Shown: positions 45,439-55,549, counted from the first letter of the stretch. The stretch: DNA of 64,000 nucleotides from Microgenomates group bacterium Gr01-1014_5 (GCA_007376395.1 VMGE01000001.1:89635-153634), one strand, 5' to 3'. Notes: a model not told the origin generated them from the sequence alone. Made by a program: numbers and translations.

Positions 45439-46527
45439 TTATATTGACTTTTCAATTAAAGAAACAAGCTTGAAAGACGCGTCTTGAGGAATAAGAGCTG
45501 AAGCGCGCGGTGCATTCGTGCGATAATTGTCAATTTGTCCATAAACCTTGTTTATCATTTCCAAAAGAGATGTTCCCGACAACCGAGCCTGGGGAAGAAT
45601 TTGAGCCATACCCACCTCTTCTAAAAGCTCGGCATTTTTAGTTTGTTCATCAGACCCTGCAAACGGTAGGGGGATAAAAATTGCCGGGATTTGACAAATC
45701 GCAATCTCGGAAACAGTGTTCGCGCCAGAACGGGCTATTACCAGGTCTGCTTCTTCAAGTCTCTGTTCCACCTCTGTTGGCGCAATTACGTCTTGGGTTC
45801 GATAATTGCCGTTTTTTATCTTCTGACTGATTTTGCTGGCGGTTTCCAGATCAAGACTCCCGGTTTGATGGTAAACCACAAAATTTTGTGCGAGCTCTTC
45901 TGCTATTTCAAAAACCGCCTTATTTATAGCTTGCGATCCTCTACTTCCACCGGTGATATAGATAACAGGAATCTTGTTTTTCTTACGCTCAGACCTCTTT
46001 TTAGGTATCTTGAAGATACTCTCGCGCACTAAATTACCGGTTAGGACCGTTTTTTCTTTAGGAAAATCTTTACGGCTATTCTCGAACGAGATTGCCACAA
46101 AACGGGCAATTTTTGCAACAAGCCTGTTGGCAAGGCCGGAAGCCGCAGTTTGTTCGTGAACAATAGTTGGTATCCCCAATAGCCAAGCAGTAAAACACAC
46201 TGGAAAGGAAATGTAACCCCCAAAAGACAAAACCGCGCGCGGTTTGACTTTGACAAGTATTAAAAAGCTTTGTATAAATCCTACCGGAAGCTTCCAAAGA
46301 TTAAGAATAAACAAAAACAGGTTGCCGCGTGAAAATTTAGTGGTAGTAATCGAGTAATAAGGCACTTCTATTCCAGGCAATATTCTTGCCTCTAAAGTTT
46401 TTATCTTTGTTCCCAATACCGCATTTTCTTCTCCCACCCAAAAAGGCAAAAAACCTTTTTTTTGCAAAACGGGAATAAGCGCTAAGCCTGGAGTAAAATG
46501 TCCGCCGGTAATGATAATCTTTTTCAT
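45439..46527 (-). CDS. murG: UDP-GlcNAc:lipid I GlcNAc transferase MurG
   Basis: IIITGGHFTPGLALIPVL (G-loop) and C-terminal GT28 motifs; 362 aa. Confidence 0.9.
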   Translation of the reverse strand: MKKIIITGGHFTPGLALIPVLQKKGFLPFWVGEENAVLGTKIKTLEARILPGIEVPYYSITTTKFSRGNLFLFILNLWKLPVGFIQSFLILVKVKPRAVLSFGGYISFPVCFTAWLLGIPTIVHEQTAASGLANRLVAKIARFVAISFENSRKDFPKEKTVLTGNLVRESIFKIPKKRSERKKNKIPVIYITGGSRGSQAINKAVFEIAEELAQNFVVYHQTGSLDLETASKISQKIKNGNYRTQDVIAPTEVEQRLEEADLVIARSGANTVSEIAICQIPAIFIPLPFAGSDEQTKNAELLEEVGMAQILPQARLSGTSLLEMINKVYGQIDNYRTNAPRASALIPQDASFKLVSLIEKSI

Positions 46528-47621
46528 CCATACCTCCTTTGGCTCGAAATATTTAATAAAATCCCCATTGCCGCCAAGTTAAAAATTAAAGCAGAGCCGC
46601 CATAGGAAAGAAATGGCAAAGGAACACCTGTCAAAGGTAGAAGCGCAACCATGGCTGATAAATTAATAAAAGCTTGAATTCCTATCCAGCTAGTTATGCC
46701 AACCGCCAAAAGCCTGCCAAAGGGATCGTTAACACGCGCCGCAATCGATAAACCTCTCCAGACTAAGTAACTAAAAAGAATAATAACCGCCAAACCGCCA
46801 ACAAACCCAAACTCCTCGCCAATTATAGCAAAAATAGAGTCTGTTGCAGGTTCTGGTAAAAAGAGGTATTTTTGTCTCGACTGCCCCAAGCCTAAACCAA
46901 AAATTCCCCCCGAACCCAAGGCGATTAAAACTTGCCTGATGTGATAAGAAGTCCCCAAAGGGTCAGCCGACGGATTTAAAAAGGTTAAAACGCGTTCCCG
47001 TCTGTAATCAGAAGTCAAGATAAACAAAGCACCGGTAATAAAACCGACCGGAATTAAAGCTAAAAAATATCCTGGGTTAGCGCCTGAGGCGAAGTAAATT
47101 ATTCCCGACAGGAAAACAATAATTGCTGCGGTTCCCATATCCGGCTCAAGCATAACTAAGCCAACTGTTAGAACAAGCGCAAAAATGAAAGGTAAAAATG
47201 CTTGGCGTTTGGCAAAAAGATGGGCAAAATAAATACAAAGTGCTAATTTAGCAAACTCTGCCGGCTGCAGATCTATAATACCTATGTTAATCCAGCGCCT
47301 GGCTCCAAGCGCCTCGGTTCCTACTCCGGGAATGAGCACACTGACAAGCATAACCAGGGTTACGCAAATAATAGGCAGGGCGAGTTTGTTCCAAATTTGA
47401 TAAGGAATACGGGACAACAATAATAAAAGAAACAAACCTCCGGCTGCCCGAAACACTTGACGTTTGGCAAAGAATAACTCATCTCCAAACGTGCGTGTGG
47501 CGTCAACCACCGAGGCGTTTGCTACCATGACGACACCAAAAATAACTAAGGCAAGAACTGTAAAAAGAAGTTTTTTATCAAAACCTAAAGAAGAGAAAAT
47601 TGCCGCTTTCAGTTTCTTCAT
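46524..47621 (-). CDS. ftsW: FtsW (SEDS family) in the dcw cluster
   Basis: 365 aa SEDS protein. Context between mraY and murG. Confidence 0.85.
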   Translation of the reverse strand: MKKLKAAIFSSLGFDKKLLFTVLALVIFGVVMVANASVVDATRTFGDELFFAKRQVFRAAGGLFLLLLLSRIPYQIWNKLALPIICVTLVMLVSVLIPGVGTEALGARRWINIGIIDLQPAEFAKLALCIYFAHLFAKRQAFLPFIFALVLTVGLVMLEPDMGTAAIIVFLSGIIYFASGANPGYFLALIPVGFITGALFILTSDYRRERVLTFLNPSADPLGTSYHIRQVLIALGSGGIFGLGLGQSRQKYLFLPEPATDSIFAIIGEEFGFVGGLAVIILFSYLVWRGLSIAARVNDPFGRLLAVGITSWIGIQAFINLSAMVALLPLTGVPLPFLSYGGSALIFNLAAMGILLNISSQRRYG

Positions 47622-47631
47622 ATTCCATACT

Positions 47632-48669
47632 TTAAATCAAGGCAAGCCAGAGACCGAAAATTGCTAACATTAGTCCAGCAAGCCAGGCTCTCATGACGAT
47701 CTTCGGCTCCTCCCAGCCCTTGATTTGAAAAAACAGATGCACAGGAGCCATCGGCAAAAGGGAACGTCCTAAAAATTTACGGCCTGCTATTTGAATTGCG
47801 CTTGAGAGCACTTCAATCACAAAAAGTCCTCCGACAACAACTAAAACAAAGATTTTTCCGGTCAAAAGTCCGATTACGGCAAGAGTCGCGCCAAATGCCA
47901 ATGCCCCAGAGTCTCCCATCATGACGCGGGCAGGCCAAATATTAAAATACAAAAAGGCGATTAAGGCCCCTATCCAAAGCGAAATAAAAATCGAGAGCGG
48001 GGTATCAAAAACACTTGCCGTAATAATCCAAAAGGCAAATAAACAAATCAAAAGCAGTCCGGAAACCAAACCGTCAAGCCCATCTGTTATATTTACGGCA
48101 TTAACAAACGAGACGATTACAAATGCGGCAAAGGGAATATATAACCAGTTAAGGTCGATGACGATATCAACAAGGGGAATATTAACAATATCAACACTGA
48201 GGTTGTTGTAAATTAAAAACGAAATAATTAAAGCTAAAATCCATTGTAAAATAAATTTATGCTTACGGCGCAATCCTACCCACATTCCAACTTTTCCCGG
48301 CTCCATTTTGCGGAACAGCTTTGAAAAATCGTCGTATAAACCCAAAAAAGCAAAAGAAAGAAAAGTAAAAAACACAATGTTAATTTCGCTAGTTACGTCG
48401 TATGCACCACGGATATAAACTCCCAAGTAACGGGCTAAAGGAAAAATTAAAGCAAAAAGAATCGAAACAGTTGCTACAATCAAAATCCCGCCACCGACCG
48501 GAGTGCCCGCTTTTTTGTCGTGCAGTTTATCGAAAACCGGGATTTTTCCAGTTTTTGGCGCTTCAACTCTTCTTGTAAAACGAAGTTTATAAAGCAGATT
48601 GATAAAAGGAATAACCAAAACTGCGTTGACAATAAACGAAAAAACCAATAATCCTAAATATAATGCCAT
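47632..48669 (-). CDS. mraY: phospho-N-acetylmuramoyl-pentapeptide transferase
   Basis: NAVNITDGLDGL motif; 345 aa, polytopic. Confidence 0.95.
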   Translation of the reverse strand: MALYLGLLVFSFIVNAVLVIPFINLLYKLRFTRRVEAPKTGKIPVFDKLHDKKAGTPVGGGILIVATVSILFALIFPLARYLGVYIRGAYDVTSEINIVFFTFLSFAFLGLYDDFSKLFRKMEPGKVGMWVGLRRKHKFILQWILALIISFLIYNNLSVDIVNIPLVDIVIDLNWLYIPFAAFVIVSFVNAVNITDGLDGLVSGLLLICLFAFWIITASVFDTPLSIFISLWIGALIAFLYFNIWPARVMMGDSGALAFGATLAVIGLLTGKIFVLVVVGGLFVIEVLSSAIQIAGRKFLGRSLLPMAPVHLFFQIKGWEEPKIVMRAWLAGLMLAIFGLWLALI

Positions 48670-49934
48670 TATTCGCCTCTCCTGATATTTGCCCCAAGCG
48701 AAGCAAGTTTTTGGTCAAAGTTTTCATAGCCGCGGTCGATGACTTCAGCGTGCTCAACTATACTTTCTCCCTTGGCGACTAAGGCCGCTAAAACCAGCGC
48801 ACCACCTGCTCTAATATCGGCACTTGGAATTAAATCGCCGTGCAAGTTAGACGGTCCAATTACAATTACCCTGTGCGGGTCTGCTAAAAAAATATTAGCG
48901 CCCATTTTGATTAAACGGTCAACAAAGTACATGCGCGATTCATACATCCAGTCGTGGCAAAGCACCGTCCCTTCTGATTGGGTTGCTAAAACTATAAATT
49001 GGCTCATCATGTCAGTAGGAAAGCCTGGCCAAGTGCGTGTTTTAAAAACTCCCTGCTCTGCCTTAAGACGTGAGGGTTTGATGGTTAAAACCGTGTCTTT
49101 CTTCCAGGAATATTTAACCCCCATGCGCGATAAATAGGCAAGGATAATCTTTAAATCCTGAGGCAAAGCGTCCTCGATATCAACTTGCCCCCCTGTGATA
49201 GCACTAGCTATAGCAAACGTCCCCACCTCTATATGGTCTGGCCTTACTTTATGCTCTACAGCCTGTAATTTTTTTGCTCCGTTAATATGGATCGTATTAG
49301 TTCCAGCTCCCTGAATCTTTGCCCCCATTTTAATAAGCATCTCTGCCAAATCCACGACATGCGGCTCGCAGGCCGCTCCTTCAATAACGGTTTCCCCTTC
49401 AATACCCGAAGCTGTAATCATGGCCATTTCAGTTGCGGTAGGAGACGCCTCTTCTAAGAAAATCTCGGCAGGTTTCAGACTGTCGACCGAGAGTTTTACC
49501 CCCGAAAAATCACGGTCGCAATTTACACCAAATGCCTGCATTGCAGAAATATGTGCACCCAATGGCCTGGCGCCAATTGGATCACCTCCTGGACGGGGAA
49601 ATTCTGCTTTGCCAAATTTAACAAGAAGACTTGCGGCCAAGACAATTGCTCCGCGCAGTTTCCCTCCGAGCTCGGGATCAATTTCACACTTAGTTATGTT
49701 TGATGGGTTTATCACCATAATTGACGTCTCTTTATTCCAATCGATCCTAACTCCTAAATTTTCTAATATCTCAACCAACACCTCTACGTCTATAATATTA
49801 GGAATGTTGGTTAGCTTTGAGGGTTCTTCGGCAAGGAGTGCGGCGGCAATTAAAGGAAAGGTTGAATTCTTGTTTCCGGAAACACGTACCGTACCGGATA
49901 GAATGTTTGGGCCTTGAATTATGAATTTAGCCAT
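48669..49934 (-). CDS. murA: UDP-N-acetylglucosamine 1-carboxyvinyltransferase
   Basis: MAKFIIQGPNILSGTVRVSGNKNS N-terminus, EPSP-synthase fold; 421 aa. Unusual position inside the dcw cluster. Confidence 0.9.
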   Translation of the reverse strand: MAKFIIQGPNILSGTVRVSGNKNSTFPLIAAALLAEEPSKLTNIPNIIDVEVLVEILENLGVRIDWNKETSIMVINPSNITKCEIDPELGGKLRGAIVLAASLLVKFGKAEFPRPGGDPIGARPLGAHISAMQAFGVNCDRDFSGVKLSVDSLKPAEIFLEEASPTATEMAMITASGIEGETVIEGAACEPHVVDLAEMLIKMGAKIQGAGTNTIHINGAKKLQAVEHKVRPDHIEVGTFAIASAITGGQVDIEDALPQDLKIILAYLSRMGVKYSWKKDTVLTIKPSRLKAEQGVFKTRTWPGFPTDMMSQFIVLATQSEGTVLCHDWMYESRMYFVDRLIKMGANIFLADPHRVIVIGPSNLHGDLIPSADIRAGGALVLAALVAKGESIVEHAEVIDRGYENFDQKLASLGANIRRGE

Positions 49935-49950
49935 TGAGTGATATTATACT

Positions 49951-51726
49951 TCAGTTTGGCTGTGCGCCAAAATACGGAAGCAGGTCGTCTGCAATATTAA
50001 ACCAGATAAAAGCTGCATTTTGCGAGGCATATTGCCCTACTTTTGGATCTTTTAAGCTTACAATCATCACAAACTTTGGGTTGTTAGCAGGAGCAAAACC
50101 AACAAACGAAGAGACAACTTTGTTAGGGTCGTAATGGCCAGCCACCGGAATTTGAGCTGTTCCGGTCTTACCTGCAACTTGAAAACCGCGGGGGATTGGC
50201 CACATATCGCTTTTTGACTCTACCCCGTTGACCATCATGTCGGTTATTTGTTTTGCGGCACGGGGAGAAATCACTTGTTCTGTCTTTTGCGGTTTAATAT
50301 CGTCTTCTTGATTCTGCGCGATTATCTTGTCAACCACTTGCGGAGTAACCAACTTTCCCGCGTTCGCCAAAGCTCCAACTGCACGAACCATTTGTATAGG
50401 CGTAATTGCCACTCCCTGACCAAAACTGGCAGTCGCCAAATCTATCAATCCCCAGTCATCACTGTCGCGCAGCGGCGGTACAAGTTCTCCTTGTAAATCT
50501 ATTCCTGACGAGCGCCCAATTCCGTATTTTTGCAGGTAATCAGCCATCTTTTCTTCTCCAAGCCTTTCAGCAACCCAAATCATACCAACGTTGTCTGAAT
50601 GTTCAATAATCTCTTTTGGCGTAGAATCAGGATAATACTGCTTCGATCCAGATTCAATTGTATATTCAGCAATTACTCTTGGACCTGAACAACTATCACA
50701 TTTGTCCTCGGGCGCCACAGCCTCAGAGTCTAAGGCGGCAGCCATAACCAGCACTTTAAAAATCGATCCCGGCTCGAACGACTCGCCAATCGCAGGATTA
50801 ATATAAAATTCCTTATCAAAATTGTTGAATTTTGCAGGGTCATATGCAGGAAAACCAGCCATCGCCAGAATCGCGCCGTCGCTCGGTCTCATGACAACTA
50901 CAACACCCTCTGCCGCCTCATATTTTTCCACGCCTTCTTTAAGATGTCTTTCCACTAGGTACTGCGCAGACCGGTCAATGTGGGTTTTTATGGTTATTCC
51001 GTCTTGTGCTCCAACTTTATGGCTTCCCCCGAGAATAATGGGGTTTCCAAACGCGTCTTTTTCCCATGTTTTTACGCCCTTACTGCCCGAAAGAGTCAAA
51101 TCATAGAACCCCTCAAGACCAAAATAACCTTTTGGCGTGCCGGCAGTATCCTTTCCGACAAAGCCCAGCACTTGCGCGGCCATACTTGCCTCTGGATATG
51201 CCCTACCTTCTTCCGGGTCAAAGCCTATGCCTTTTATTCCCAGAGATTCAATTTGCTGTTTTTGCTCTTTACCAATCTTCCTTTTAACCGGCACCCAAAC
51301 CACGTCTGTCCGCCCCAACAGCGTTTTGATCCGCTCTTCTTCATTTAAAACGAGTTCTTCTTCTGTTTTTGCAGAAGCAGTAGCGTCGTTTTCCTCAGGC
51401 TTGTCCATTAGTAAAGGTGCAAGCTTGCTGGCTGTGCGTTTTACGTCTACAATGTCTTTCAAGGAAGCCCAAAGAAGATATGCTTCGCCCGTTGTTGCTA
51501 AAGGAAAACCGTCTGAAGCTAATATTGCTCCGCGCATGGCCGGGAGGGAAGACTGGCTTTGCTGTTGTACGCGAGCATAATTAGCAAGAAGGTCTGACTG
51601 TAAAACTTGCCAGCTAAACAATCTAGCCGCAATAACAAAACTGCCAAGCAAAAATAAAAGTGCGAGGAGCTTAATTCTCCAGGTTTTTAAAGAATGGTAA
51701 TCTGCTTGATTCCTACCTGTAATCAT
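49951..51726 (-). CDS. ftsI: penicillin-binding protein 2/3 (FtsI-type transpeptidase)
   Basis: SxxK (GSIFKV), SxN (HSDN) and KTG (AGKTGTA) motifs; N-terminal TM; 591 aa. Confidence 0.9.
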   Translation of the reverse strand: MITGRNQADYHSLKTWRIKLLALLFLLGSFVIAARLFSWQVLQSDLLANYARVQQQSQSSLPAMRGAILASDGFPLATTGEAYLLWASLKDIVDVKRTASKLAPLLMDKPEENDATASAKTEEELVLNEEERIKTLLGRTDVVWVPVKRKIGKEQKQQIESLGIKGIGFDPEEGRAYPEASMAAQVLGFVGKDTAGTPKGYFGLEGFYDLTLSGSKGVKTWEKDAFGNPIILGGSHKVGAQDGITIKTHIDRSAQYLVERHLKEGVEKYEAAEGVVVVMRPSDGAILAMAGFPAYDPAKFNNFDKEFYINPAIGESFEPGSIFKVLVMAAALDSEAVAPEDKCDSCSGPRVIAEYTIESGSKQYYPDSTPKEIIEHSDNVGMIWVAERLGEEKMADYLQKYGIGRSSGIDLQGELVPPLRDSDDWGLIDLATASFGQGVAITPIQMVRAVGALANAGKLVTPQVVDKIIAQNQEDDIKPQKTEQVISPRAAKQITDMMVNGVESKSDMWPIPRGFQVAGKTGTAQIPVAGHYDPNKVVSSFVGFAPANNPKFVMIVSLKDPKVGQYASQNAAFIWFNIADDLLPYFGAQPN

Positions 51727-52031
51727 TGTGGAAGAGCCGCCACAGGAAGACTGGTATCCAAATACATAATATTTTCCGCTTTTGTAAACCCTGAATCTTG
51801 GGCTTCAACCGCAAGTTTGGTCAAAGAAGCTTTTTGTGACAATTCTTCCTGCAAGGTTTGGTTTTCGCGCGTTAACAAGCTTGATTTTTTCTCAAGAAGT
51901 GATAAATATTCTCCTTTCCCGGCTAAGTAATTACTTGCCAGTAATTGAGCAATAATCACCACCGAAAGAATTGTAAATAAAACAGTCCAGGCACGGTTTT
52001 TTGTTAGATGTTCTGTATTTTTCACCCTCAT
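51723..52031 (-). CDS. ftsL: FtsL-like small bitopic division protein
   Basis: 102 aa, TM plus coiled coil. Position between rsmH and ftsI. Confidence 0.6.
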   Translation of the reverse strand: MRVKNTEHLTKNRAWTVLFTILSVVIIAQLLASNYLAGKGEYLSLLEKKSSLLTRENQTLQEELSQKASLTKLAVEAQDSGFTKAENIMYLDTSLPVAALPQ

Positions 52032-52936
52032 TATATTTTTACAACTGCTCTCAATTTGGCGCTTCGCGAGCGCGGGTTATTTAATATTTCCAGAGTACTC
52101 GGAACAACTGGCTTATTTGTTAAAATTTTAACTTTTCCGAAATTCTCCCACTCCCGAAAAGTATCTTTAACAATTCTGTCTTCTCCCGAATGGAAACTGA
52201 CAACTACAATTCTTCCGCCGCTTTTAACTAAATCTAAAGCTTGAGGAAGTGCCATCTGTAAATTCTCAAACTCACTATTAACCACAATTCTTAAAGCCAT
52301 GAACACTTTCGTTGCCGGGTGAATTTTACCCCGGTAACCTGTAAGGCGCTCAATTAGACTGGCAAGATCGCGTGTATGGGTAAACGGCTCAAGCCTTCTT
52401 CTGGCTACAATAGCCCGAGTTAGACTCCACGCGTTATCTGCCTCTCCAACCTCTTTTATTAATTTGTAAAGCTGTCCTTCTGGTAAAACGTTCAAAATGT
52501 CCGCTGCCGTTACCCCTAAGTCGGGGTCAAGCCTCATATCTAGCGGACCGTCTTTGGAAAGAGACAAACCTCTTTCAGGATTATCCATCTGAAAGCTTGC
52601 AAATCCCAAATCAAATAAAATTCCGTTTACAGGACAGTAGTCTTCTTCTGAAGCAATTTTTTGAAGGTTTGCGAAGTTCCCGCGCACAAGCCGGAAAACA
52701 TCAGGACAGGCTTGCCTCGTCTCGGCGACTTCGCCAAAGCGGGCTAAAAGACGTTTTCGTGCTTCTGCCAAACTAGTTGGGTCTTGGTCGATACCTAAAA
52801 CCTCGCCACCTTTTTTCAAGATCGCTTCAGTATGACCACCGCCCCCAACAGTGGAATCTATGTATTTTTTACCGGGTTTTATGCCAAGTAGAGAGACAAC
52901 CTCTGTCAGCATTACCGGCAAGTGTTTAACAATCAT
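52031..52936 (-). CDS. rsmH: 16S rRNA (cytosine1402-N4)-methyltransferase RsmH/MraW
   Basis: VMLTEVV...YIDSTVGGGGHTEAIL SAM-binding N-terminus; 301 aa. Confidence 0.95.
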   Translation of the reverse strand: MIVKHLPVMLTEVVSLLGIKPGKKYIDSTVGGGGHTEAILKKGGEVLGIDQDPTSLAEARKRLLARFGEVAETRQACPDVFRLVRGNFANLQKIASEEDYCPVNGILFDLGFASFQMDNPERGLSLSKDGPLDMRLDPDLGVTAADILNVLPEGQLYKLIKEVGEADNAWSLTRAIVARRRLEPFTHTRDLASLIERLTGYRGKIHPATKVFMALRIVVNSEFENLQMALPQALDLVKSGGRIVVVSFHSGEDRIVKDTFREWENFGKVKILTNKPVVPSTLEILNNPRSRSAKLRAVVKI

Positions 52937-53382
52937 TGCCGCCGAGCCCCTTTTAACTTTAATTTTTGAACTTCCTCAATCAATTTTCCGGCACCGGTTG
53001 TAATTTCTCGGTCTCTTATCTCCCAAAGTCCTTTATCCCAAATCTCAACTCTATCCTTGAGTCCGATAAATACAACCTCTTCTTCCAGTTTCGCGTGTAT
53101 TCTTAAGGCTTGCGGCAAAACTATTCTTCCTTGACTATCAGGCTCAATCTCAAATGCTCCACCTAATAAAAACCGTTCCGTGTCGCGTGTCTGAGAAATC
53201 AACAATGATTCTCCGACCGCAACATCTATTACTCTTTCCCAGGAAATTTGAGCGAAAAGAGCCAAGGAATTTTCGTACCAACGGCAAACTATCAGTTTTT
53301 CTCCCAATTCCTTACGGAACTTAACAGGGAGAGCCGTCCTTCCTTTATTGTTAATTTTTGTATAATACTGCCCGATTAACAT
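52933..53382 (-). CDS. mraZ: transcriptional regulator MraZ
   Basis: MLIGQYYTKINNKGRTALPVKFRKELG..., duplicated MraZ domain. The ORF-track N-terminal extension is unlikely; the start is placed at Met26 (ATG is the reverse complement of 53380-53382), giving about 149 aa. Confidence 0.85.
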   Translation of the reverse strand: MLIGQYYTKINNKGRTALPVKFRKELGEKLIVCRWYENSLALFAQISWERVIDVAVGESLLISQTRDTERFLLGGAFEIEPDSQGRIVLPQALRIHAKLEEEVVFIGLKDRVEIWDKGLWEIRDREITTGAGKLIEEVQKLKLKGARRQ

Positions 53383-53449
53383 AATCTTTTGGGCAGAATA
53401 TATTTTGTAAAATGTAGTGTGTGGAGCTTGTCTCGAGTTAGTCGAGAGA

Positions 53450-53470
53450 TTCACCACTTTTCACCACTAC
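53450..53470 (-). promoter_or_regulatory. candidate MraZ operator: two direct repeats AGTGGTGAA with 10-bp periodicity (minus-strand sense), about 70 nt upstream of mraZ
   Basis: Minus-strand read GTAGTGGTGAAAAGTGGTGAATC. MraZ is known to bind tandem GTG(G/T)G-containing repeats at 10-bp spacing upstream of its own operon. Confidence 0.45.
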
Positions 53471-53568
53471 AAACCATATTGGAACATTTTCACAGTCTTG
53501 TCAAGTAGTAAAGTTGTGCTCGGATTGTGGCTAATAAAACTTCGTGAAAACTTCGGGTGATGGGTTAA

Positions 53569-54153
53569 TTAAAGTCTCTTCTCTAGAAAATCTGGATTTA
53601 ATCTATATCCAACTCGAGTTCTAAATTGATCAAAGTCAGGTAAATTTACCCTATCAAGTACTTGTTGGTAGGTTGCGCCAGCACTGTTTTTAAAATCTTC
53701 TGCTTGTCGCATTAAGAAGCTCCTTTCATCCAGTATTGCATTAGCTTGATCTTCAGACACAGTCCTTCCAAGAGCGGCGGGGAATTCTAATTTGCCGCGC
53801 GTTAACCGATCAGCAGCTCTCTGGTATGCGATAGCCAGAAGCGCATACATTTGCTGAGGTGATATATAACCGGCAACTTCGGGGTTTATTCTTGCCAATT
53901 CGAGAAAGTCTCCAACGTAGGCTAACTGACCATTCACTGTATGATATGTTACCCAGTATTCAGCTTTCTTGCCCGGAGACTTTGCAGCCATTCTCTCTGC
54001 GCGTGTGTAACCATCTTGGATTGAGAATTGAGCTGCTTCTGAGTCTGAAGCATTTACCCTTCCAATTCTTCTTGTTTCTGCAATACTAGCTATGAGATCT
54101 AAAGGATAATTTATTTTCTCTAAAGGAGAAAGTCCATCTTGTCTTGATTCCAT
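53569..54153 (-). CDS. hypothetical protein (194 aa), visibly more GC-rich than surrounding genes
   Basis: No motif recognised. Composition contrast is by eye. Confidence 0.4.
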   Translation of the reverse strand: MESRQDGLSPLEKINYPLDLIASIAETRRIGRVNASDSEAAQFSIQDGYTRAERMAAKSPGKKAEYWVTYHTVNGQLAYVGDFLELARINPEVAGYISPQQMYALLAIAYQRAADRLTRGKLEFPAALGRTVSEDQANAILDERSFLMRQAEDFKNSAGATYQQVLDRVNLPDFDQFRTRVGYRLNPDFLEKRL

Positions 54154-54165
54154 AAATAACGTGGG

Positions 54166-54528
54166 TCAACCCCAATGGACTTCTTTAATACGCGCGTGGC
54201 GTTTATCTACTTCAAAATAAGTTAAGACTGTGTTAATAAGCTCCTCCTGATCGTATGGTTTACAAGAGAATACATCTACTAAGGCTTCATTGTATTTAGA
54301 AAAAGTGTGAGTAGAACAATGAGAGAAATCAATAATTACAAAACCCGTTAGGCCTGGATTTGATTCCACACCAGCAATAACTATTGCTGGGTTTAAAACT
54401 GTCATACCAATCTTACCAGGAAGAGAATTCAAAAACTCTTCAAGCCCTTCTTTATTAAGGGTTCTTTCATGGGGAATATTGGTGATATCGACAATTACAT
54501 GGTATCTATGAGAGTGAAGCGAAACCAT
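54166..54528 (-). CDS. class-1 (archaeal/bacterial SpeH-type) pyruvoyl-dependent S-adenosylmethionine decarboxylase-like protein
   Basis: GLTGFVIIDFSHCSTHTFSKYNEALVDVFSCK aligns with SpeH [32 protein letters not shown]. Note F instead of E before the processing Ser; 120 aa. Confidence 0.5.
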   Translation of the reverse strand: MVSLHSHRYHVIVDITNIPHERTLNKEGLEEFLNSLPGKIGMTVLNPAIVIAGVESNPGLTGFVIIDFSHCSTHTFSKYNEALVDVFSCKPYDQEELINTVLTYFEVDKRHARIKEVHWG

Positions 54529-54651
54529 GGTGTTATCTTATCATATTTTCTTTCCGAGTGATTATTGAAAATAAACTAGTGCTTCGTGACTACGCGCGCC
54601 AAAGCTGCGCTTTAGCGCTGCGGGCGGGAAACTTCGGGTTAAAGAAGGTTA

Positions 54652-54738
54652 TAAACTTGTTTCAAAACAAGTTTTCACAACTCACATTACACAAGTTAGC
54701 GAAGCTAGCGCGTGAGTTATAAAACAAGTTTTATTTTG
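54652..54738. repeat. structured repeat family R2, copy B (~87 nt)
   Basis: AAACTTGTT-tcaa-AACAAGTTT hairpin with compensatory C>T changes relative to copy A, plus AACTCAC...GTTAGC-GAA-GCTAGC...GTGAGTT and a U-rich tail. Overlaps the stop codon of 54731..55549 in a different frame from copy A and rplU. Confidence 0.7.
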
Positions 54739-55549
54739 TGGCAATAAATACATCTAATATTGAAGTTTTTCCGCCCTCAAGCACAGTCCAGTCACCCGCC
54801 TGATTATTATAGACAAGTGCCGCCCCTTCCATGTTTACTGTTCCCTTAAATGTTTTTGCTACTACTGTCTTGGTAAATACACCATAAGGACCCCCTGTAA
54901 CCTCGCCAGGTGCCGTATCAGGCAAGCCAAACGTCCCCATTGTCAGATAATAACCCTTGGGCATGTTTCCGGAAAGTGTAAATTTCCCGTCTGCTGAAGT
55001 AATCTTAGTCGGATTTTGCTGCAAGTTAAATCCTGTTTCGAATTTATACACCAATTTTCCTTTAGTGTCCCTAAAACGAATGGTAAAAGTTCCCTGCTCG
55101 ACCCCTTCGTCATAGCGGCATTTGCCTGAAGAACAAGTACCCAAAAGAAGATCCCTTTCAACACTTGTTTTACCTGCAATATCCTTAACATTTCCCGGAA
55201 CTCCCTGTGTTATCCCTGAATCAACGGTATAAACCAACTCATACTCCATTGTTGCGGCATCCTTAGGCAATTTACTGACCACTAAATGCAGTTCGCGTCC
55301 GTCAATGCGGGGAGTTAGCGAAGCGTAGGGCTTTTGACTTACAGGAAGTTCTTTTAGTGTTTCTTCTTTTCCTTTAGTTTCGTTTGTTTGAGTAGGAGTT
55401 TTACTTTGACCTTTCAAAAACCAAAAGACACCAGTTAATATTCCAAGACCAACTAAAACAACAATTGTAATGGGCAGAACTCTGTTCATTGTATCTTTGT
55501 GATTATATCGGCTATATTTTATTTTGGAGCCAATCCGAAAGTTTGTCAA
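54731..55549 (-). CDS. hypothetical membrane-anchored extracytoplasmic protein (272 aa)
   Basis: N-terminal TM LPITIVVLVGLGILTGVFWF. The start is probably the internal Met (MNRVL...). Confidence 0.45.
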   Translation of the reverse strand: MTNFRIGSKIKYSRYNHKDTMNRVLPITIVVLVGLGILTGVFWFLKGQSKTPTQTNETKGKEETLKELPVSQKPYASLTPRIDGRELHLVVSKLPKDAATMEYELVYTVDSGITQGVPGNVKDIAGKTSVERDLLLGTCSSGKCRYDEGVEQGTFTIRFRDTKGKLVYKFETGFNLQQNPTKITSADGKFTLSGNMPKGYYLTMGTFGLPDTAPGEVTGGPYGVFTKTVVAKTFKGTVNMEGAALVYNNQAGDWTVLEGGKTSILDVFIATK

